NCBI GenBank assembly: GCA_963719515.1 | Contig: CAVRCJ010000014.1 | Location: 64,001-128,000, forward strand | Source of the DNA: an uncultured cyanobacterium | GTDB taxonomy: Bacteria > Cyanobacteriota > Cyanobacteriia > CAKZMO01 | Direction: 5' to 3' | DNA length: 64,000 nucleotides | Shown here: positions 19,421 to 29,785 of the stretch, piece by piece | Layout of the letters: each line of letters begins with the position of its first letter | Position numbering within the stretch: the stretch's first letter is position 1 | Notes under the pieces: generated by a model | Database searches by the model: none | What the model was told of the DNA's origin: nothing | Seen by the model: the letters and a program-made list of their open reading frames with translations, nothing else | Made by a program: the position numbers and the translations under genes

Positions 19421-20692
19421 GTGATGACAACCAGCAGCGATATCCTTATTCTCTCTAACGGTCCCGGCGAAATCTCTACCTGGGTTCGCCCCGTTGTCCA
19501 GGCGCTGCGGCGGCAGCTCGGCCTCGGCCCGGCCCCCCACCGCATTTCCCTTGTGCTCTCTCCTTGCCCCAACGCCAGCGGCAAAGAAGTGGCGATCGCC
19601 CAACGCTACCCCGAAATTGATCGCATCCAGGACGCAGCGCACTTCTTTCCGTTTCTGCTGTTCGGCAAGACCCAAGATCGCTGGGACTGGCGCGATCGCG
19701 GCGTGGTAATTTTTCTGGGCGGTGACCAACTCTATCCGATTCTGTTGGCGCGGCGGCTAGGCTACCGCACCGTTATCTATGGGGAGTGGGACACCCGCTG
19801 GCATCGGTGGGGCGATCGCTACGCGGTGATGAATGCCAGCCTGATCGACCGCATACCGGTCCAGTATCGCCGCAAGGCGACCGTCGTGGGTGACCTAATG
19901 GCGGATGTCTCCCGTCACTCGGCCTCAGAAGACGAGCCTATTGGGGCTGATGTGCCCTCTGATGTATCCGAGCCGCCCTTAGTAGGCCTTCTCCCAGGCT
20001 CAAAGCCCGCTAAGCTCACCCAGGGCGTCCCGTTTTGCCTGGCGATCGCCGCCCATATCCATCGGGCACGCCCTGATGTACGCTTCCTGTTGCCGGTGGC
20101 TCCCAATCTAGAGCTAGAAACGATAGCGGACTACGCCAAACCCAGCAACCCTTTTGCAGGGCGGTTCGCTGCGCCGGCAGTGACGCTAACCAAAATACCT
20201 TCTCCGCGAATCGACTGGGCAGAGGGTGGCACTATCGAGCTACACACAGAGTTTCCGGCGTACGAAGTCCTGCGCCGCTGCCAAATTTGCATCACTACTC
20301 TGGGAGCTAATACAGCAGAGTTAGGGGCTTTGGGAGTACCTATGGTGGTGGTTCTGCCCACCCAGCAGCTGGACGCCATGCGGGCTTGGGATGGCATACC
20401 GGGGCTACTGGCAAATCTACCTGGTGTGGGTAGCGCAATGGCCTTGGCCATTAACGCCTGGTTTTTGCGCAAGAAGCGGCTGTTGGCCTGGCCCAACATT
20501 TGGGCGGGGGAAGAGATTGTGCCGGAGCTGGTGGGCCAGCTGCAGCCTCAAGAGGTCGCCGAACGGGTGTTAGACCTGCTTGCTCATCCTGAGGCGCTAA
20601 GGCAAATGAGCCGCCGTCTCCGGCAGGCTCGAGGCGAGACGGGCGCGGCGGCGCGGCTAGCTTCCTTAGTTGCCGGCTTGCTAGAGGTTTAG
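19421..20692 (+). CDS. lipid-A-disaccharide synthase-like glycosyltransferase
   Basis: ILSNGPGE, LLPGSK, GANTAEL, VPEL. Confidence 0.85.
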   Translation: MMTTSSDILILSNGPGEISTWVRPVVQALRRQLGLGPAPHRISLVLSPCPNASGKEVAIAQRYPEIDRIQDAAHFFPFLLFGKTQDRWDWRDRGVVIFLGGDQLYPILLARRLGYRTVIYGEWDTRWHRWGDRYAVMNASLIDRIPVQYRRKATVVGDLMADVSRHSASEDEPIGADVPSDVSEPPLVGLLPGSKPAKLTQGVPFCLAIAAHIHRARPDVRFLLPVAPNLELETIADYAKPSNPFAGRFAAPAVTLTKIPSPRIDWAEGGTIELHTEFPAYEVLRRCQICITTLGANTAELGALGVPMVVVLPTQQLDAMRAWDGIPGLLANLPGVGSAMALAINAWFLRKKRLLAWPNIWAGEEIVPELVGQLQPQEVAERVLDLLAHPEALRQMSRRLRQARGETGAAARLASLVAGLLEV

Positions 20693-20887
20693 CGCCTCCA
20701 GAGACCTTGCGGAAATTGCTGGACTTTAGCGCTGGACTTTAGCACAGTAGCCTCAAGCCATCCAGCCCAATCGTGCTCTAGATAAAGCCAGCGCTCGAAG
20801 CAGGTCAGAGTAGCCTTTGGGACTCTGTGCTACCTACTACCCGTAAATTCGATAGAATAGTGGCGCTTACTACAATTGCCTGTTCCC

Positions 20888-21433
20888 ATGGTGAAGCCCT
20901 CTTCCGGTCTACCACCCGCATCATCTTCTAGAGCAGACGCTGGTTTGGAGCAGGTTTTAGGTCGCCTGTCCCAACGTCTGCAGCGCGATAGCTTAGTTCA
21001 GAGCGCTACTGACGTGCTGCGCAGCAGCCTAGCAGTTAACCGCGTGGTGCTCTATTATTTCTATCGCCAGTGGGAAGGGCAGGTTACCTTTGAGTCCCTT
21101 AGCCATCCCCAATACTCCATCTTGGGGTCTACTGGGCCAGACGAATGCTTCAATGGCGACTACGCCCAAATGTATCTTCAAGGGCGCGTCCGGGCGATCG
21201 CCAACATCGAAACCGCCGACATTCACGATTGCCACCGCGAGTTTCTGCGCCAAGTTGACGTGCGGGCCAATCTGGTCGTGCCCGTGCTGGTACGCGATAC
21301 TCTATGGGGACTGCTGGTGGCCCACCACTGCGATGCGACCCGTGACTGGAGCGCTAGCGATGTCTCCCAAATGCTAGAAGCCGCTGAGCAGCTTGCCAGT
21401 TCACCGACAATTAACGCGCCTCAAAACCTGTGA
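20888..21433 (+). CDS. standalone GAF protein, cyanobacteriochrome-like (DXCF + CH)
   Basis: RVVLYYF, GPDECF, DCHREFL, VRANLVVPV, LWGLLVAHHC. Confidence 0.85.
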   Translation: MVKPSSGLPPASSSRADAGLEQVLGRLSQRLQRDSLVQSATDVLRSSLAVNRVVLYYFYRQWEGQVTFESLSHPQYSILGSTGPDECFNGDYAQMYLQGRVRAIANIETADIHDCHREFLRQVDVRANLVVPVLVRDTLWGLLVAHHCDATRDWSASDVSQMLEAAEQLASSPTINAPQNL

Positions 21434-22251
21434 CACCACCCCAAATTCCTGCTCCTCTCGCCGGACTGCCGCCCAAAGTTTACATTGTGGGCGCCGGTCC
21501 CGGAGATCCTGAGCTGCTCACCCTCAAGGCTCAGCGACTGCTGGCCACCGCCGACGTTATCCTATACGCCAACTCTCTGGTGCCCCCTCAAATCCTGGCC
21601 CATACCCGCGCCAATGCCACCCGCATTCCCACCGCCAGCAGGACCCTGGAAGACATTTTGCCCCTGATGATCGATGCGGTGCGATCGCAAAAATCCGTAG
21701 TGCGGCTGCACTCGGGCGACCCCAGTCTTTACAGCGCTATTGGTGAGCAGATGCAGGCCCTGGCTGAGGCTGAAGTTCCCTTTGAGGTCATTCCGGGCAT
21801 CAGTGCCTTTCAGGCGGCGGCGGCGGCGCTGCAGGTGGAGCTAACGGTCCCCGCGCTGGTGCAAACCATCATTCTGACGCGAATCAGCGGACGAACCAAC
21901 GTGCCCGCAGCTGAGGAACTCGCTTCTCTAGCGGCCCATCAAGCGAGCCTATGCCTCTACCTGAGCGCGCGCCACGTCGAGGCCGCTCAGGATAAGCTGA
22001 TGCAGCATTACGCCCCAGATACCCCCGTAGCCCTATGCTTTCGCCTGGGCTGGCCCGATGAGGTGGTTGAGGTAGTGCCCCTGAAAGAGATGGCGACGGC
22101 AACTCGAGCGCAAGACTTGATCCGCACGACGCTTTATCTCATCAGCCCTGCCTTGGCCCAGACGTCAAAGGCGCGATCGCGGCTCTATAGTCCGAGCCAC
22201 GACCATCTGTTTCGGCCTAGCGGCGAGCTTGACAGTCGCCAAGCCGGCTAG
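21430..22251 (+). CDS. cobM: precorrin-4 C11-methyltransferase
   Basis: VGAGPGDPELLT, RLHSGDPSLY, QTIILTR, RSRLY. Confidence 0.93.
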   Translation: MTPPQIPAPLAGLPPKVYIVGAGPGDPELLTLKAQRLLATADVILYANSLVPPQILAHTRANATRIPTASRTLEDILPLMIDAVRSQKSVVRLHSGDPSLYSAIGEQMQALAEAEVPFEVIPGISAFQAAAAALQVELTVPALVQTIILTRISGRTNVPAAEELASLAAHQASLCLYLSARHVEAAQDKLMQHYAPDTPVALCFRLGWPDEVVEVVPLKEMATATRAQDLIRTTLYLISPALAQTSKARSRLYSPSHDHLFRPSGELDSRQAG

Positions 22252-22284
22252 GCGCGTTTCAAAGAACGTGGATAAGATAACGTT

Positions 22285-22764
22285 TCACACAGCGCCGGAG
22301 CCTTCACCGGCACGAATTTTAGATCCATCCGGTAGCAGCACCCCCTGGGTGAGCGCCTGGGTGAGCTGTCCTAGGTCGATCCTAGCGCCGGTTAGACTGG
22401 CATGGGTCATATCCGCTTTCACCAAAGTCGCCCCGGTCAAATCGGCGTCCCTAAAGCAGGCCCGCCGCAGCGTCGCACGATCAAGCTGCGCTTGTCTGAG
22501 GTTCGCTCTCTCTAAGGTCGCATCTGTCAGCGTCGCAAAGGTCAGATTGGCTCCGTCCAACTGAGCGGCAAACAAATTCACGCCTGTAAGGTCAGCGCCA
22601 GAAAAATTGGCTCCGCTGAGGTCCGCGCCCCTGAGGTTCGCGCCGCGAAGGCAGGCATTGCGAAAGTTATAGCCCCTGAAATTTCGTCCGGGAAGGTCTG
22701 CTCGAGCGAGATCTTGATCGGCAAAAGATTTGGAAATGAACGCTCTCGAGAGGTCTACGATCAT
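22285..22764 (-). CDS. pentapeptide-repeat protein
   Basis: A(D/N)LxG repeats; C-terminal LPDG. Confidence 0.9.
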   Translation of the reverse strand: MIVDLSRAFISKSFADQDLARADLPGRNFRGYNFRNACLRGANLRGADLSGANFSGADLTGVNLFAAQLDGANLTFATLTDATLERANLRQAQLDRATLRRACFRDADLTGATLVKADMTHASLTGARIDLGQLTQALTQGVLLPDGSKIRAGEGSGAV

Positions 22765-22944
22765 AGTTTTGAGAAGGTATCTTGATAGTTAGGGCTGTAA
22801 AAAGCACGTATTATGCCATACGCTGCAATACGAGCGCTATTTGTAGTATACAAAGCCCCATCGCTGGTTAACCCAGGATTCTATAAAGATCCGATTAAGC
22901 CTTGGCTAACCCTATGACTGGAGACCGCAAGGCCAATTCAACGC

Positions 22945-24204
22945 TCATTGCGTCCAGCTCGTGATCGGCGGCTGGGTCTGGGCGATTACGGCCCCGCGCG
23001 AAATGACGTAGCACACTGTCGGGCGTCGCCGCAGAGCGTCGTAGCGATCGCTCGCGTCTAGCACAATTAGGTTTGCGGGCTTCCCCACTTCAACCCCGTA
23101 GCGGTCCTCTACCCGCAGCGTCCGTGCCCCGTTCCAGGTCACCATGTTGTAGCAGGCGTCTATTTCAGCAGTGCCCGTCATCTGACAGACGTGCAGAGCC
23201 ATATGAGCCACATCCAGCATGCTGGCCGTCCCCAGCGGATACCAGGGGTCTCTAATGCAGTCGTGCCCGAGGCTGACATTGATGCCCCGCTGCCACAGCT
23301 CTTTGACCCGCGTTACGCCCCGCCGCTTGGGGTAGCTGTCACCGCGTCCCTGCAGGGTGATGTTGATCAGCGGGTTCGCGATGAAGCTAATCTGTGCCCG
23401 GTCCAAAAAGCCCATGAGCTTGAGGGCATAGGCGTCGTTGTAGGAACCGAAGGCGCTAGTGTGGCTGGCCGTAACGCGATCGCCGCAGCGCTCACGAATG
23501 GCGCAGGCCGTCACCACCTCTAAAAAGCGGGACTGGTCGTCGTCGATTTCGTCGCAGTGGATATCTACCAGGCGGTCGTACTGCTGCGCTAGCTCAAAGA
23601 TGCGGTGCACCGACCGGACGCCGTCCTCCCGCGTCAGTTCATAGTGGGGAATGCCGCCGAGCACGTCTACCCCCAGCTTGGCAGCCTCCTGCATCAGCTG
23701 CTCTCCCTCCGGGCTTCCGTAGATGCCGTCCTGAGGAAAAGCCACCACCTGCAGCGTCATCCAGCTCTGGACCTCGTCCCGCACCTCCAGCAGCGCTTTA
23801 AGGGCCGTCAGGGTTTTCTCACTGACATCGGCGTGGCTCCGCACAAACAGAACCCCCTGAGTGGCGTGCTGCTTGAGGGTGTCAATGGCACGCTGTTTAA
23901 CGTCCTTCAGCGTTAAGGCTTGCTTGCGGTCTCGCCAAATCTCGATGCCCTCAAACAGGGTGCCGCTGACGTTGAGGTGGGGCTGCCCTATGGTCTGCGC
24001 TGAGTCGAGGTGGACGTGGGAGTCAACGAAGGGCGGACTCACCAGCCGCTCTCTCACGTCTAGCTCTGTTTGCCCCTGTAGGTCTAAGCGGGGTGCGATC
24101 GCTTGAATAGTATCGCCCTGAATCGCGATATCCACGAGTTGAGGAGCGCCGTCCCGCTGCAGGAGGCGACAGCGGCGGAGCAAAAGATCGCACAGGCTGG
24201 ACAT
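22945..24204 (-). CDS. codA: cytosine deaminase
   Basis: DSHVHLD, TLFEGI, VAFPQDG, GGIPHYE, HCDEIDD, GHDCIRDPWYPLG. Confidence 0.94.
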   Translation of the reverse strand: MSSLCDLLLRRCRLLQRDGAPQLVDIAIQGDTIQAIAPRLDLQGQTELDVRERLVSPPFVDSHVHLDSAQTIGQPHLNVSGTLFEGIEIWRDRKQALTLKDVKQRAIDTLKQHATQGVLFVRSHADVSEKTLTALKALLEVRDEVQSWMTLQVVAFPQDGIYGSPEGEQLMQEAAKLGVDVLGGIPHYELTREDGVRSVHRIFELAQQYDRLVDIHCDEIDDDQSRFLEVVTACAIRERCGDRVTASHTSAFGSYNDAYALKLMGFLDRAQISFIANPLINITLQGRGDSYPKRRGVTRVKELWQRGINVSLGHDCIRDPWYPLGTASMLDVAHMALHVCQMTGTAEIDACYNMVTWNGARTLRVEDRYGVEVGKPANLIVLDASDRYDALRRRPTVCYVISRGAVIAQTQPPITSWTQ

Positions 24205-24331
24205 GAGAAAGAACCCTTAGGAAACTTGCCGCGTTAATTCTGCCGCAGCGAGGGGAATTTGTTAAGATAACGTTACAAATTAAACCACCTGGGCCGCGTC
24301 AATACGGTAAGGGTGGCTACGGTTCAATCCT

Positions 24332-25303
24332 ATGCTGGTTCAGTCCGACAAGTCATCCTCCCGGCCTGCTGCTTCCTCGCCAATCCTAAACGCCCAAAAC
24401 TTGCACAAGTTTTACCGCCGCGATCGCCAACGGATTGCGGCGGTGGAGGGCGTGTCTTTGGCGATCGCGCCCGGTGAGGTACTGGCGTTCTTAGGGCCAA
24501 ACGGCGCTGGAAAGACCACCACCATCAAGATGATTGCGGGGCTGGTGCGGCCCGATGAGGGACAGGTGAGCATTGGGGGGAGCGACCCCCACCGCGATCC
24601 GCTGGCGCTGCGGGGCGTAGGGGCAGTGCTAGAGGGCAACCGTAACCTCTACTGGCGGCTAACGGCCCTCGAAAATCTGCAGTACTTTGGCGTCTTGCGG
24701 GGCATGACCCGGCGCGCCGCACGGCGGCAGGGGCTGGCACTGCTAGAGCAGTTCAGCCTGTCAGACAAAAAAGACGTCCCTGTACGCACCTTCTCTCGGG
24801 GTATGCAGCAAAAGCTGGCCATTGCGGTTGCGTTAGTGCACACCCCCCAGCTTCTGCTGCTAGATGAACCCACTTTAGGGCTGGACGTGGAGGCGGGGGA
24901 GCATGTGAAGGAGCTGGTGCAGTCGGTTGCCGCCCAGGGCTGCGCGGTACTGCTTACCACTCACCAGCTCAACGTGGCGGAAGAGCTCTCCGACCGGGTA
25001 GCCATCATCCGCCAAGGGAAAATTGTGGCCCAGGCCAGTACTGCCGACCTCCTCCGCCAGTTTTCCAACGCGGTCTACCGCGTGGAGGTAGAGGGAGAGA
25101 TTAACGACGCTCAACAGCAGGCGATCGCCGCCCTAGAGGCCTCGGTGCGGGGCAGCGTTGTTCACTATAAGGGGGATGCCCCGGGTCTCTATCGTCTTTT
25201 CGAGATTTTGCGGCCTTTGCCCATCCTGCAGGTGGCCCCTGACCGCCCTGATTTGACTGACGTTTTCCTTAAGGTGGTGCGCGATGAAACGGTCTCGATC
25301 TGA
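24332..25303 (+). CDS. ABC-2 exporter ATP-binding subunit
   Basis: GPNGAGKTT, FSRGMQQK, LLDEPT. Confidence 0.93.
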   Translation: MLVQSDKSSSRPAASSPILNAQNLHKFYRRDRQRIAAVEGVSLAIAPGEVLAFLGPNGAGKTTTIKMIAGLVRPDEGQVSIGGSDPHRDPLALRGVGAVLEGNRNLYWRLTALENLQYFGVLRGMTRRAARRQGLALLEQFSLSDKKDVPVRTFSRGMQQKLAIAVALVHTPQLLLLDEPTLGLDVEAGEHVKELVQSVAAQGCAVLLTTHQLNVAEELSDRVAIIRQGKIVAQASTADLLRQFSNAVYRVEVEGEINDAQQQAIAALEASVRGSVVHYKGDAPGLYRLFEILRPLPILQVAPDRPDLTDVFLKVVRDETVSI

Positions 25304-26084
25304 GCTACTTTGGGCTGATCTATTTTGGGCGGAGCTGAAGCGCAGCTGGACCGAGTTTATCCGCTACCCAGCGGAGGCTATCGGTGGCATCGTAATCACC
25401 ACCATTGTCTTCTACGGTCTATTTCTGAGCGCCCGCTACATGGCGGGACCCGCGATGCAGTTTGGCGATCGCCTAGACTCGGTGGTCGTGGGCTACGTGC
25501 TCTGGACTCTGACGCTGTTTATCATCAGCGATATCTCTCTCAGCCTGCAGTCGGAAGCCCAAACCGGCACGCTAGAACAAATTTTTCTCTCCCCCTTCGG
25601 TCCCTCCCGCGTATTTTTAGTGCGGGCGCTGGCTAGCCTCACCATCCGCCTCATCTTGATTACCACTATCTTGCTGATTTTGATGGGCATCACCGGCAGC
25701 CGCCTGCAGTTTCCTCCTACCCTGGTGCTCCCCCTAATCACGATTTTGCTGGCGGGCTACGGGCTAGCGTTTATCATGGGCGCTTGTGCCCTATTGTTTA
25801 AGCGGGTGCAGCAGCTTCTAGGTCTATTTCAGTTTGTGCTGCTGTTTCTATTGGCGACGCCCACAGAAACCTGGTCCACCCAGCTCAAGCTGCTGAGCTG
25901 GATGCTGCCGATGATTCCCAGTGCGGGGCTGCTGCGGGACCTGATGGCGCGGGGCGCGGCGCTAGATTTGGGCGTCTTTACCCTAGCGCTGGTGAATGGC
26001 GCAGTTTACTTCACCTTAGGCATAGCGACGTTTCGCTGGGCAGAGCAGCAGGCAAAGCGGCGCGGGCTACTGGGCAGTTATTAA
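25284..26084 (+). CDS. ABC-2 exporter permease
   Basis: About six TM segments, EAQTGTLEQ; overlaps the ATPase gene. Confidence 0.88.
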   Translation: MKRSRSELLWADLFWAELKRSWTEFIRYPAEAIGGIVITTIVFYGLFLSARYMAGPAMQFGDRLDSVVVGYVLWTLTLFIISDISLSLQSEAQTGTLEQIFLSPFGPSRVFLVRALASLTIRLILITTILLILMGITGSRLQFPPTLVLPLITILLAGYGLAFIMGACALLFKRVQQLLGLFQFVLLFLLATPTETWSTQLKLLSWMLPMIPSAGLLRDLMARGAALDLGVFTLALVNGAVYFTLGIATFRWAEQQAKRRGLLGSY

Positions 26085-26087
26085 ATC

Positions 26088-26750
26088 CTAAGCAGCACTT
26101 TTCTTTTGGCCTAGCTTAAACTCGGTACCCTGCAGCAGGCGCTGGATATTAGTTTTGTGGGTTACGAGAATGTAAACCGCAGCGGCCAGCACAAACAGCA
26201 GCATTGGCAGGGGGCGGTTGAACAACAGCGCGATAACGGGAACCGACAGCGCCGTCACTAGGGAGCTGAGAGAAACAATTTTGGAGAGCGCCAAGACGGC
26301 GGAAAACACGGTAAGGGCAATCAGGGCGGTGGGCCAGTGTAGAGCAAACAGCACCCCCAGCCCAGAAGCCACCGATTTGCCGCCTGAAAAGCCTAGCCAA
26401 ACGGAGCGACTGTGGCCCAGCAAAACGCCCAATCCTGCTACGACAGGAAGCCAAACGATCCACGACGCGGTACTGATAGCCGTGGGAGACGGGACGGTTA
26501 GGCTGGGCAGGTGAGCAATCCAGCGGGTCACCGCGATCGCCAGCACTCCCTTAACTATGTCAATGGCGAGTACCGCACCGCCTGGCCCTTTTCCCAAAAC
26601 CCGAAGAACATTGGTTGCCCCTGTTGAGCCCGACCCATGTTCACGAATATCAATGTCCTTTAGAAGCCGGCCCGCCAGGTACCCCGTGGGCAGCGAACCA
26701 AGTAGATAGGCTCCAGAAAAGATACCGCACAACCAAACAAACCAGGTCAT
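26088..26750 (-). CDS. plsY: glycerol-3-phosphate acyltransferase
   Basis: YLLGSLP, GSGSTGATN, GGKSVA, HKTNI. Confidence 0.95.
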   Translation of the reverse strand: MTWFVWLCGIFSGAYLLGSLPTGYLAGRLLKDIDIREHGSGSTGATNVLRVLGKGPGGAVLAIDIVKGVLAIAVTRWIAHLPSLTVPSPTAISTASWIVWLPVVAGLGVLLGHSRSVWLGFSGGKSVASGLGVLFALHWPTALIALTVFSAVLALSKIVSLSSLVTALSVPVIALLFNRPLPMLLFVLAAAVYILVTHKTNIQRLLQGTEFKLGQKKSAA

Positions 26751-26894
26751 AGATCTTGCTTTGTTACGACGCTACAGGCCGTAATTAGTTTAATCGCGAT
26801 TGGGGGAGCTAGGGGCAGAGTCTTTAAAATTAGTAACTACAAATACAGACGTCTCGGGTGCTGTGGCCTCGACACCGCCCCCTCAAGCACTGGT

Positions 26895-28172
26895 CTAGTA
26901 CAGGGATAGGGTGTCAGCAGGGTCGGGGGCAAAGGCCAACCAGAGGGGAAACTGCAGCAGCGACAGACTGACTTTGTCTTCCCCCTCGTCAATTAAAATC
27001 AGGGGCATTTGGTCCTGTGCCACCAGTCTCTCAGCCCTTTGGGCCAGCGCTTCCGGCGCTTCAAACAGCACCACACCCCGCTGGGCTCCAAAATCGGTGC
27101 GAGAAATGCCTAAGCAATCCTGCAGTCCTCGCCGCCATTCCCCAAGTCGCTCTGGGGAGTCTCCCAAGATTAGGGCACGAATGCGATCGCCATGGATTTC
27201 CCGGAGCGCTGAGATGGCGGCTGACGCAATCAGCACGTTTTGCAGACGGGAGCCCATGGTCTTGATAGCGCCCCGCTGCCCGAGGTCGAAAAACCACTGG
27301 GAGACCCGCTCGGCGTGGACGGGCTCAAATGTACGCCTAAGCTGCCAAGGGCGTCCGTAATAGTTGGGCATCGTGCGGTACTGCTCTAAGAGCTGTCGGA
27401 TGCGCTCCTGTAGGTCATCAGATGTGCCATCAGGGGGTGCAACGCTGGTCTGGGGTCGGGCTTCATCGCGGCGTGGTGGCGCTTCATCTAGAGGGGGTGA
27501 GAGCCGCAGGGCGCGTGAGGACCGGGATGGCGATCGCGAGGACCGCTGGGCCGAGGGGGGGCGCTGTCGCAGCGGCGCTGGATCTACCTCGGGCGCTGCC
27601 TCAGCCAACGCCCGAGGGCCGGCCTTCGGCTGCTGCCGGGGTAACGCCTGGCCAGTAGGACCCACTGAGCTGCCGGAAGCGCCCAACTCTAGCTGCTCAG
27701 CCGTCGTCGCCAAGTCCTGTAGGCTGCCCACCAAGTATTCCTTAAAGCCCTGAACCCGCACTGCCAAATCTTGAGATACGCCTACGAAGCTTTTGCGCAT
27801 CTCCGCCTGGATTCTCTCCTGCCGTCGCTCTAATTGGTCAACGGAGGTCTGCAGCGATTTCCGGCGCTGCTCAAGTTCCGTCAATCCGCTCTCTACAAGC
27901 TGGGTTACAGCAGCCTGAAGGCCCTGGGCCTGCTCTTCAACTAGGCGATTGCGAGTCTCTTGCAGCTCAGCAATCTCTTGCCTTAGGGCCTGAACCTGCC
28001 GCTGCAGGTCACGGGAGGCAGCGTCTCCCGGGCTGGGGGCAGGGCTACTCGCCGAATGAGCTGTTGAAGAGGCTGGAGGGCGGAGGGAGGGCCCTAAGCT
28101 TGATGAAGCGGTTGTCCCAGCATTCGGGGCAGTGTTGTCCGTCTTTCCAGCCGGATCTAGCGGCTCAATCAT
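26895..28172 (-). CDS. DUF3086 family protein
   Basis: Coiled coil, SQDLAVRVQGFKEYL, YYGRPWQLRRTFE; usual plsY neighbour. Confidence 0.85.
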   Translation of the reverse strand: MIEPLDPAGKTDNTAPNAGTTASSSLGPSLRPPASSTAHSASSPAPSPGDAASRDLQRQVQALRQEIAELQETRNRLVEEQAQGLQAAVTQLVESGLTELEQRRKSLQTSVDQLERRQERIQAEMRKSFVGVSQDLAVRVQGFKEYLVGSLQDLATTAEQLELGASGSSVGPTGQALPRQQPKAGPRALAEAAPEVDPAPLRQRPPSAQRSSRSPSRSSRALRLSPPLDEAPPRRDEARPQTSVAPPDGTSDDLQERIRQLLEQYRTMPNYYGRPWQLRRTFEPVHAERVSQWFFDLGQRGAIKTMGSRLQNVLIASAAISALREIHGDRIRALILGDSPERLGEWRRGLQDCLGISRTDFGAQRGVVLFEAPEALAQRAERLVAQDQMPLILIDEGEDKVSLSLLQFPLWLAFAPDPADTLSLY

Positions 28173-28207
28173 GAGAACTCTCGAGTGCGGTAGTTGTAAC
28201 GGTTGGC

Positions 28208-28657
28208 CTAAGGCGCTTTAGAGGGATCAGCGGCGTCGTCATTGGGACGTTCGGAGGGCGGCGGGTCGTAGGGGAGGTGATGGCCCTCTAGCTCCGCTCG
28301 CAGCTGAGCCGCGTTGAACAAAACGGGCAGGAAATGGATGCTGTTGACTTCCCTAAAGTAAAGCAGAATCGGTACAGGTCCCCAAAAGATGCGCCAGCTC
28401 TGCCAGTCGCGGTAGGGAAAGCGACGGATCAAGCTATCGGTGCGATAAATATCGAGGTCTGTCGCGGTGAAGGTGAGGCGCAGCGTTGCGGCCTGAACCA
28501 GTAAGAAGCAGGCAAATAGCGCGATCGCCAGGCTCAGCCAGGGCGAGAGCAGCAGCAGGGGGATTGCCAGTAAGCCCAGCCCGATAGGCAGGCTGTAGCT
28601 AGGGGCCAGCTGTGTCGCGTTGCTAGCGGCGTCAGTTGGAGCGGGGTTAACTACCAT
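28208..28657 (-). CDS. DUF3119 family protein
   Basis: RRFPYRDW, YFREVNSIHFLP. Confidence 0.85.
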   Translation of the reverse strand: MVVNPAPTDAASNATQLAPSYSLPIGLGLLAIPLLLLSPWLSLAIALFACFLLVQAATLRLTFTATDLDIYRTDSLIRRFPYRDWQSWRIFWGPVPILLYFREVNSIHFLPVLFNAAQLRAELEGHHLPYDPPPSERPNDDAADPSKAP

Positions 28658-28875
28658 AGGTCAAACGAGCTATAAGTCAAGCGGGCATAGGGCTGTAAGG
28701 GTAGGGCGCTCATCTATTAAGCGTTATTATCCATTAAGCGTTATGGAATCTAAGCGTTACGGAGTTCTGTCGTCGCAGGGTCGTCTCGTAACGAGGCGGA
28801 CCGAACCCGAATCATCCCAAACACTATCCTAACGAAGAAAGCACTTGACCTACCGCAGCGGCGCTAAATCAAGCC

Positions 28876-29673
28876 TTAAAGACCTGTGGCGGCAGTTCCA
28901 GTGCCCTGAAACATAAGCCACGACATAATGAAATTGGTGATAAAGATCATCAACAGCGCCGTGACCACCGAGGCCGTTGTCGATTGGCCAACGCCTTTCG
29001 CGCCGCCGGTTGTCGTCAGCCCCCAGCTCGCCCCAATAATGGCAATAATGGCCCCGAATACAACTGATTTGATGACGACGCTAATTAAATCCCAGGTGCC
29101 TAAGAAGCTGCGGGCTGACTGTAGAAAAACGGCGTAGGAAATGCCGTAAAGGCTATCTGCCAAAATCATCCCCCCGGCCATCCCCGTTATAAATGACCAC
29201 AGGCTGAGGATAGGGACCATGATGCAGCAGGCCAATACGCGGGGCAGCACCAGGTAGTCGACGGGGTCGGTTTTCAGCATCTGTAATGCATCAATCTGTT
29301 CCGTGACGACCATCGTTCCAATTTCTGCCGCAAAGGCCGACCCAACGCGCCCCGCAACGATAATTGCCGTCAAAACGGGCGTCAGTTCTCGGATCAGGGC
29401 AACCGCCAGTACGCCGCCTACGGCGGTGCTCGCCCCGAAGTTGATAAATTCGCGGGCAACCTGAATGGTGAACACCATGCCGACCGTCGCAGCCGTCATC
29501 AGGGTAATCAAGAGAGAATCTGGCCCTACTGACGCGAGCTGGTCAAGGGTGTTGCGCCGGTGAATGCGTCCGCCCATCAGGTGTATAACCACCTGCCCCC
29601 CCAGAAAGACAGAGGCGATCAGCCGCCGAACCCAAGTCAACAAACCAAGCGATGTGATGACTGACTGACTCAT
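28876..29673 (-). CDS. mlaE: MlaE/Ycf63 lipid ABC permease
   Basis: RELTPV, GRVGSAFAAEIGTM, GGAKGVG. Confidence 0.93.
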   Translation of the reverse strand: MSQSVITSLGLLTWVRRLIASVFLGGQVVIHLMGGRIHRRNTLDQLASVGPDSLLITLMTAATVGMVFTIQVAREFINFGASTAVGGVLAVALIRELTPVLTAIIVAGRVGSAFAAEIGTMVVTEQIDALQMLKTDPVDYLVLPRVLACCIMVPILSLWSFITGMAGGMILADSLYGISYAVFLQSARSFLGTWDLISVVIKSVVFGAIIAIIGASWGLTTTGGAKGVGQSTTASVVTALLMIFITNFIMSWLMFQGTGTAATGL

Positions 29674-29785
29674 AAAGAATAAAAGCGAATTTTAGAAAGA
29701 TTTAAGATTCTTGTCATCCAGCCTACTTGCCCAGCGATTGCGCCTATCTTAAGAAAGTATAGAGAAGAGGTGTCACATCGGAATT

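Noticed and set aside
20718..20743. 13-bp tandem GCTGGACTTTAGC x2
   Set aside because: A simple local duplication with no further support.
22808..22821. GTA-N8-TAC NtcA-like box upstream of the pentapeptide gene
   Set aside because: No TAN3T -10 at the canonical distance and poor flanks; a 6-bp match is expected by chance.
24332..26084. ABC exporter as part of a RiPP/bacteriocin cluster
   Set aside because: No precursor peptide or modification enzymes nearby.
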